From an uncultured Chlamydiales bacterium (GTDB lineage: Bacteria > Chlamydiota > Chlamydiia > Chlamydiales > Rhabdochlamydiaceae), in contig OY969554.1 of NCBI GenBank assembly GCA_963700985.1, positions 1,024,001 through 1,088,000 of the forward strand: a stretch of DNA of 64,000 nt, in the 5' to 3' direction. A program made the translations under genes and the position numbers. Within the stretch, counting starts at the first letter, position 1. The number at the start of each line of letters is the position of its first letter. The notes beneath the pieces are model-generated. The model saw only the letters and a list, made by a program, of their open reading frames with translations. It ran no database searches and had not been told where the DNA came from. This document shows, piece by piece, positions 59,042-64,000 of the stretch.

Positions 59042-60943
59042 ATGAGACGTTTCAAGCTTTTGTTTTTAGCTTTAATAATCGTTACAGGCTTGAACTCGTC
59101 GCTGTTTGCGATTCAAGAGTCGCGCTATGAAGTCTTTAGGCAAACCGATGTTATGGTGCCCATGCGCGATAAAATCTGTTTAGAAACTGATCTCTATCTT
59201 CCTGCAAATGACGATGGTGTGAGCGACCAAAAATTTCCTGCCATTTTACTGCGAACTCCTTATGGCAGATTGGGTTTCAATGACGAGGTAATTAATGCAG
59301 ATGGAAAATACTTTGCAGAGCATGGCTATGTGGTAGTGATCCAAAACACCCGTGGACGTTATGGTTCTGAAGGCATTTGGCATATGCTTACTGACGATGG
59401 ACGCGATGGCTTCGACACTTGTGATTGGATTAGCAAGCAACCTTGGTCGAATGGCAAAGTGGGAACAATGGGGTTCTCGTATGTAGGCGGCACTCAGCAT
59501 GCTTTAGCAATGGAACATCCTCCACAATTAGTAACTGCAATTCCTGCCGATGCAATGTCAAATATGGGTTTTGCTGGCATACGTAATGGCGGTGCGTTTG
59601 AGCTCCGGTTTTGGAATTGGGTTTTCTTTCTCGCAGCTCCTCATGGAAGTCGCCAATCAACCGACCCATCAATAGCCCCAATCCTTTTGGATATGAAAGA
59701 ACATCGTCTTGATTATCTCTTAAATCTCCCCCTATTGTTAGGAAAGACTCCCCTCAAGTTTGTTCCAGAATATGAAAAATGGCTCGTTGAGGCCATGAGC
59801 CATGGCATAAATGATGAGTTTTGGCAGCAAAATAACATTATCGATTTTGCTGACCAATATAAAGATATTCCCATTTACCTTGTGGGAGGCTGGTATGATT
59901 CTTGGGCAGGCTGCTCAACAGCTAATTATTGCGCATTAAATGGCGCGATTAAGGGGCCTGTTTATTTAATTATGGGTCCTTGGGTCCATGGACAACAAGG
60001 AGCTTCAACTCATGGTCAGGTAAGCTTTGGAGCAACTGCAGCAATCCCCGATTCTCATGCTTGGCAACTTGAATGGTTCGATCATTGGGTTAAGGGTATT
60101 GAAAATAGCGTCGGTCGTAGTGAGCCGTTTGCTACTAAAGTGCGCATCTTTGTAATGGGAACAGGAGATGGAAGCAAAACAGCAGCGGGTCACCTAAATC
60201 ATGGTGGTTATTGGAGAAACGAACAGGAGTGGCCGCTTGCACGTTCCAAAGCCACGCCCTATTATTTACAATCTGATGGACGACTTGATCTATCGCGTCC
60301 AGAAGAGGATACCGCTTCTACAAGCCTCATATTTGATCCAAACAATCCTGTTCCAACCGTTGGTGGGAATATATCATCTGGCAAAGGAATTCTATTAGCA
60401 GGTGCTTGGGATCAACGAGGAGGAGCTCATGTCTGGAATATGCCAGAGCCAATCCCATTGTCAGCACGCGACGATGTACTCGTATTTCAAACTCAGCCGC
60501 TGTCCGAAGATCTCGAGGTAACAGGAGAAATCAGGGTCAAACTTTGGGTTTCCTCTTCTGCTGTCGATACGGATTTCACAGCTAAACTCATCGATGTCTA
60601 TCCCCCAAACACCCATTTTCCAGAAGGTTTTGATTTAAATATTGTTGATGGGATTAAGCGCGCTAGATTCCGTGAATCGCTCAATAGAGAAGTTTTGATG
60701 CAACCCGGTACGATCTATCCATTGGAAATCAAACTATATCCAACTGCGAATGTCTTTAAAAAAGGACATCGAATTCGTCTGGATATTTCGAGCAGTAATT
60801 TTCCCCGATTCGATGTAAACCCCAATACTGGTGAAAAACTCAACCAGAGTCATCGAAAAGAGATCGCAATAAATACGATTTATCATGATATCGAACATCA
60901 ATCCTATATTGAACTCCCGCTAGTCCCTATAAATACTCACTGA
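59042..60943 (+). CDS. CocE/NonD family hydrolase (exported)
   Basis: VPMRD, RTPY, RGRYGSEG, GFSYVG, GWYD, GPWVH and SSSNFPRF motifs; signal peptide from 59042. Confidence 0.94.
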   Translation: MRRFKLLFLALIIVTGLNSSLFAIQESRYEVFRQTDVMVPMRDKICLETDLYLPANDDGVSDQKFPAILLRTPYGRLGFNDEVINADGKYFAEHGYVVVIQNTRGRYGSEGIWHMLTDDGRDGFDTCDWISKQPWSNGKVGTMGFSYVGGTQHALAMEHPPQLVTAIPADAMSNMGFAGIRNGGAFELRFWNWVFFLAAPHGSRQSTDPSIAPILLDMKEHRLDYLLNLPLLLGKTPLKFVPEYEKWLVEAMSHGINDEFWQQNNIIDFADQYKDIPIYLVGGWYDSWAGCSTANYCALNGAIKGPVYLIMGPWVHGQQGASTHGQVSFGATAAIPDSHAWQLEWFDHWVKGIENSVGRSEPFATKVRIFVMGTGDGSKTAAGHLNHGGYWRNEQEWPLARSKATPYYLQSDGRLDLSRPEEDTASTSLIFDPNNPVPTVGGNISSGKGILLAGAWDQRGGAHVWNMPEPIPLSARDDVLVFQTQPLSEDLEVTGEIRVKLWVSSSAVDTDFTAKLIDVYPPNTHFPEGFDLNIVDGIKRARFRESLNREVLMQPGTIYPLEIKLYPTANVFKKGHRIRLDISSSNFPRFDVNPNTGEKLNQSHRKEIAINTIYHDIEHQSYIELPLVPINTH

Positions 60944-60955
60944 TAAGGAAGTTTT

Positions 60956-61077
60956 TTTGGAGTGCGGGGATTCGTCACCGCTTTCTCTCAATTGCGGCTT
61001 GACGCGATTTCTTTCTCGATGCTGCACCGAGACAAGTCTCGGTGGAGAAAAGCGGTGACAAGTCCCCGCACTCCAAA
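60956..61077. repeat. REP-like long inverted repeat
   Basis: tttggagtgcggggattcgtcaccgcttt ... aaagcggtgacaagtccccgcactccaaa, with inner hairpin caccgagac-aa-gtctcggtg. Confidence 0.8.
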
Positions 61078-61084
61078 TTCGGAA

Positions 61085-61442
61085 AAGTCTAGCTTTTGGC
61101 TTCTTTCATCGGCAAAAAAAAGAGGCCCCGAGGGGCCTCTTTGTGACAGGACTCCCCTTCGGCGGGCAGCAAGCTGTCCCGTCCTCCGGGCCCGGTTCGC
61201 ACCGGTACGGTGCTCACTTCGAGTTCCTGACAGAAGCTAAACTTTTAGCTTCTTTCATCGGCAAAAAAAAAGAGGCCCCGAGGGGCCTTTTGTGACAGGA
61301 CTCCCCTTCGGCGGGCAGCAAGCTGTCCCGTCCTCCGGGCCCGGTTCGCACCGGTACGGTGCTCACTTCGAGTTCCTGACAGAAGCTAAACTTTTAGCTT
61401 CTTTCATCGGCAAAAAAAAAGAGGCCCCGAGGGGCCTCTTTG
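61085..61442. repeat. Tandem 149-bp structured repeat (two full copies plus one partial) downstream of tRNA-Leu
   Basis: tgacaggactc at 61144 and 61293; ctttcatcggc at ~61103, ~61252 and ~61401. Confidence 0.92.
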
Positions 61443-61445
61443 TTT

Positions 61446-61528
61446 TGCCGATGACAGGACTCGAACCAGTACCTGATTGCTCAGAGTAGATTTTGAATCT
61501 ACCGCGTCTACCATTTCGCCACATCGGC
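61446..61528 (-). tRNA. tRNA-Leu(CAA)
   Basis: GCCGATG TGGCGAAATGGTAGACGC GGTAGA TTCAAAA TCTAC ... GGTTCGAGTCC TGT CATCGGC A; long variable arm; CCA not encoded. Confidence 0.95.
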
Positions 61529-61584
61529 ATCGATATCCGAGAAAGATTAGAGAAATCCTCGAAAAAGGGCAAGGGGCAGGATGA

Positions 61585-61842
61585 TTACTTTTTAGCGCGG
61601 GTGGGTTTTGTGGCGGTCTTAGGAGGTGGGGGCGCCTCGGCAGGCTCTTCCCAGGGGTATAACGCCCGCTGGCGCTGCTTGGGGGCTTCCACGCTGAATT
61701 GATACTCATCGTGGTTGCGCTGGATATATTCGCCCATGGCATTCTGCTTGCGCATTCTATCCTCTTCCGTCTGCTCCATATTCGAGCAGCCAGCCAGACT
61801 TAAAAAAGAAATTAGAGATAAAACTTTTGTTATTTTACTCAT
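61585..61842 (-). CDS. Small lipoprotein
   Basis: MSKITKVLSLISFLSLAGC lipobox; YPWE motif. Confidence 0.7.
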   Translation of the reverse strand: MSKITKVLSLISFLSLAGCSNMEQTEEDRMRKQNAMGEYIQRNHDEYQFSVEAPKQRQRALYPWEEPAEAPPPPKTATKPTRAKK

Positions 61843-61916
61843 CTCATATAATCCAAAATTTAGAGGGGTCACAAATGTGACGTCCCCAAATGTAACCATC
61901 AAAAGCGATCAGGTCA

Positions 61917-63272
61917 ATGTCTTTGGATAAAATTCTCGTTGTTTTAGATCGTAAAGAAGCTGCCCTTTTCGAGGGGATGACTCAAAAAAGATTTGAGCCT
62001 ATTTTTGTAGAAAGCGGAGCTAGGGCTAAGCAACTTATCCAGGCGCAGCATTTTGACTTAATCATTTGCGACGTGGTACTTCCCGATTTTTCCGGGTTAG
62101 ACCTGCTGAAAATCGCCAAAGCTGAAAACCCCCAATCGCAGGTCATACTCCTAAGCGATAGCGAATCGCTTCCGCTGGCGGCTGAAGGATTACGCTTGGG
62201 CGCTCTCATTCATCTGCTGAAGCCTTGCTCTTTCGATACGTTGGAAGCGGTGATTGAAAAAGCTCAGGAACAGGCCCATCTCATCCAAGAAAACCATTTC
62301 TTACGCAAAGAGCTCTCCTCCTCGGCACTCACGCGCAAAAACCGCATCATTGCTGAAAGCGATGTAATGAAGCAGATTTTACGGGATGTAACCAAAATCG
62401 CCCAGAGTTCTGCAAGTGTCTTTATTAGCGGCGAATCGGGAACAGGCAAAGAGGTTATCGCCGAAGCTATCCACTTGATGTCATCTCGAGGGGCTTATCC
62501 GTTCATCAAAGTCAATTGCGCAGCCGTCCCAGAAGCCTTGATCGAATCGGAATTTTTTGGGCATGAAAAAGGTGCCTTTACGGGTGCAATCAACAAGCGC
62601 ATCGGGAGATTTGAGTTAGCCGATAAGGGCACACTGCTGCTAGATGAGATCTCCGAAGTTCCCTTAACTGTGCAGTCGAAACTGTTGCGTGCAGTCCAAG
62701 AGCAGGAGTTCGAACGTGTCGGTGGAGAAAAACCTATGCGCGTCGATGTGCGGCTCATCTCCACTTCGAATCGCAATATGAAAGAAGCTGTTGAACAGAA
62801 AATCTTCCGCGAAGATCTCTATTATCGTTTGAACGTGGTGCCAATTCACCTAGCTCCGCTAAGAGAGCGCCGCGAAGACATCCTGCCACTGGCTAATTTC
62901 TTCTTGGAAAGACTCTGCGCCGAAAATAACAAGCCTTGCAAACGCTTAAGCCAAGATGCGCAAAATCGAATGCTCAACTATCCTTGGCCGGGCAATATTC
63001 GCGAGCTTGCCAATATCATCGAGCGGCTAATTGTAATGCAAAATTCAACCGAGATCACCGCCAATGATCTCTGCTTGGAAGAGCCTGGCTTATGCTCGAT
63101 TAGACCTGCCGCTAACTCTGTGCCCTTAACGCTTGCAGAGATAGAAAAAAGACACATCTTAGAGACACTAGCTGCACATAATAACAACCGCACGCACACA
63201 GCCAAGCTCCTAGGCATTAGCATCCGTACGTTGAGAAATAAACTTAATCTCTACGATCTCTCCCAATCATAA
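61917..63272 (+). CDS. Sigma54-dependent response regulator (NtrC/AtoC family)
   Basis: REC domain (CDVVLPD), GESGTGKE, GAFTGA, LDEI, FREDLYYRL, WPGNIREL, Fis HTH. Confidence 0.95.
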   Translation: MSLDKILVVLDRKEAALFEGMTQKRFEPIFVESGARAKQLIQAQHFDLIICDVVLPDFSGLDLLKIAKAENPQSQVILLSDSESLPLAAEGLRLGALIHLLKPCSFDTLEAVIEKAQEQAHLIQENHFLRKELSSSALTRKNRIIAESDVMKQILRDVTKIAQSSASVFISGESGTGKEVIAEAIHLMSSRGAYPFIKVNCAAVPEALIESEFFGHEKGAFTGAINKRIGRFELADKGTLLLDEISEVPLTVQSKLLRAVQEQEFERVGGEKPMRVDVRLISTSNRNMKEAVEQKIFREDLYYRLNVVPIHLAPLRERREDILPLANFFLERLCAENNKPCKRLSQDAQNRMLNYPWPGNIRELANIIERLIVMQNSTEITANDLCLEEPGLCSIRPAANSVPLTLAEIEKRHILETLAAHNNNRTHTAKLLGISIRTLRNKLNLYDLSQS

Positions 63273-63354
63273 ATTTGGGATTTCAGCTTTGAAAACAAAG
63301 TAACTCTTCCATTAACCTACTCTCTTTTAAATTACGAAAATTGAGAGCAAAGAC

Positions 63355-63744
63355 ATGTCTGTATCTAAATTGTTAGGCTGTTTCTGCGCTCCTGTCGATC
63401 CTTCAGACTTGTTAGCCAAAGCAACTGAATATGCTGTCAATAAGGGTAATCCCGCGCAAGCGCGCCGTTGTTATCAGCTAGCTGCTGAATTGGGAAATAC
63501 TGAGGCACAATATCATCTGGGCTGGATGTGTCAAGAAGGCAACGGCGGACGTTTAGATCTTCTTGCGTCGATAAAATGGTGGGGAAAAGCTGCAGAAAAT
63601 GGGCATGTTGCAGCGCAATTTGCGCTTGCAAAGCTGCTGATTGCAGGCCGAGAAGGCGTGCCAAAAGACACTGAGCGCGCAAATCAAGTCTTCGCAAAAC
63701 TAGGAATTGGTATCGTTTTTAAAACTTCGAAAATTGAGGGCTAA
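63355..63744 (+). CDS. Sel1-like repeat protein
   Basis: AAELGNTEAQYHLG..C.EG.G, WW.KAAENGHVAAQF.LA. Confidence 0.88.
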   Translation: MSVSKLLGCFCAPVDPSDLLAKATEYAVNKGNPAQARRCYQLAAELGNTEAQYHLGWMCQEGNGGRLDLLASIKWWGKAAENGHVAAQFALAKLLIAGREGVPKDTERANQVFAKLGIGIVFKTSKIEG

Positions 63745-63747
63745 ACC

Positions 63748-64000
63748 ATGTCTGTATCTAAACTCGGCAGCAGCGCTGCAGCTGGCTCATCACCCACATT
63801 TACGCCAAGTACTGAGCTAGAAAAAAGCCATGCTAAAATGTGGTGGAAGGACTCGGTAGATCCTAAGACACCTGAGGGAAAACGCCATATTGAGGGCATA
63901 GTTATTACTATGTTATTTCACGCAAAGAGGCATTCTAACACTGGTGGTGATGCCATAAGAGCGCGCTGGTATTATAGGCAAGCCGCTGAATTGGGAAGTG
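63748..64000 (+). CDS. Second Sel1-like repeat protein (runs off window)
   Basis: Starts ATGTCTGTATCTAAA like the neighbour; reads MSVSKLGSSAAAG...ARWYYRQAAELGS. Confidence 0.7.
   Translation, partial: MSVSKLGSSAAAGSSPTFTPSTELEKSHAKMWWKDSVDPKTPEGKRHIEGIVITMLFHAKRHSNTGGDAIRARWYYRQAAELGS

Noticed and set aside
61085-61442. CRISPR array
   Set aside because: Units are 149 bp and near-identical throughout, with no unique spacers and no cas genes.
60962-61742. ORFs 60962-61240, 61292-61489, 61363-61572, 61404-61742 and 61493-61702
   Set aside because: They are translations of REP, repeat or tRNA DNA, or shadows of the lipoprotein gene.
1-64000. DGR reverse transcriptase, Avd or template repeat; intact integrase or transposase; prophage
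   Set aside because: No ORF with RT, integrase, transposase or phage motifs, and no AAC-rich copy of 469-570, was found by eye.

Overview
This is a chromosomal window from an environmental member of the phylum Chlamydiota. The assignment is inferred from gene content and order: rpmF-plsX-rne-plant-type G3P acyltransferase-ptr; yebC-GNAT-prfB; stand-alone SWIB-ispD-truA-HAD; UGP3-like uridylyltransferase; DUF2608; and an NtrC/AtoC-type regulator. Bases 1-41.7 kb are core genes interleaved with lineage-specific candidate host-interaction genes. These include five tandem Inc-like paralogs, a zeta-toxin-like kinase, two paralogs sharing a Cys-containing amphipathic module with that kinase, a protein ending in CCCCC, and a lipase-like protein. 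Bases ~41.7-61.4 kb form an accessory region of hydrolases, oxidoreductases and decayed TA/Fic/recombinase remnants ending at tRNA-Leu(CAA). The most notable signals are: (1) a gene at 469-1359 whose 3' end has the NNC-codon signature of a diversity-generating retroelement (DGR) variable region, with no RT or template repeat seen in this window; (2) a 149-bp tandem structured repeat downstream of tRNA-Leu that carries an inverted, hairpin-interrupted copy of the tRNA's own 3' end, plus a diverged copy with a different internal segment; (3) a MITE with TTA target duplication and dispersed relics; (4) two further families of palindromic repeats. All product calls come from motif recognition by eye; no database searches were run.
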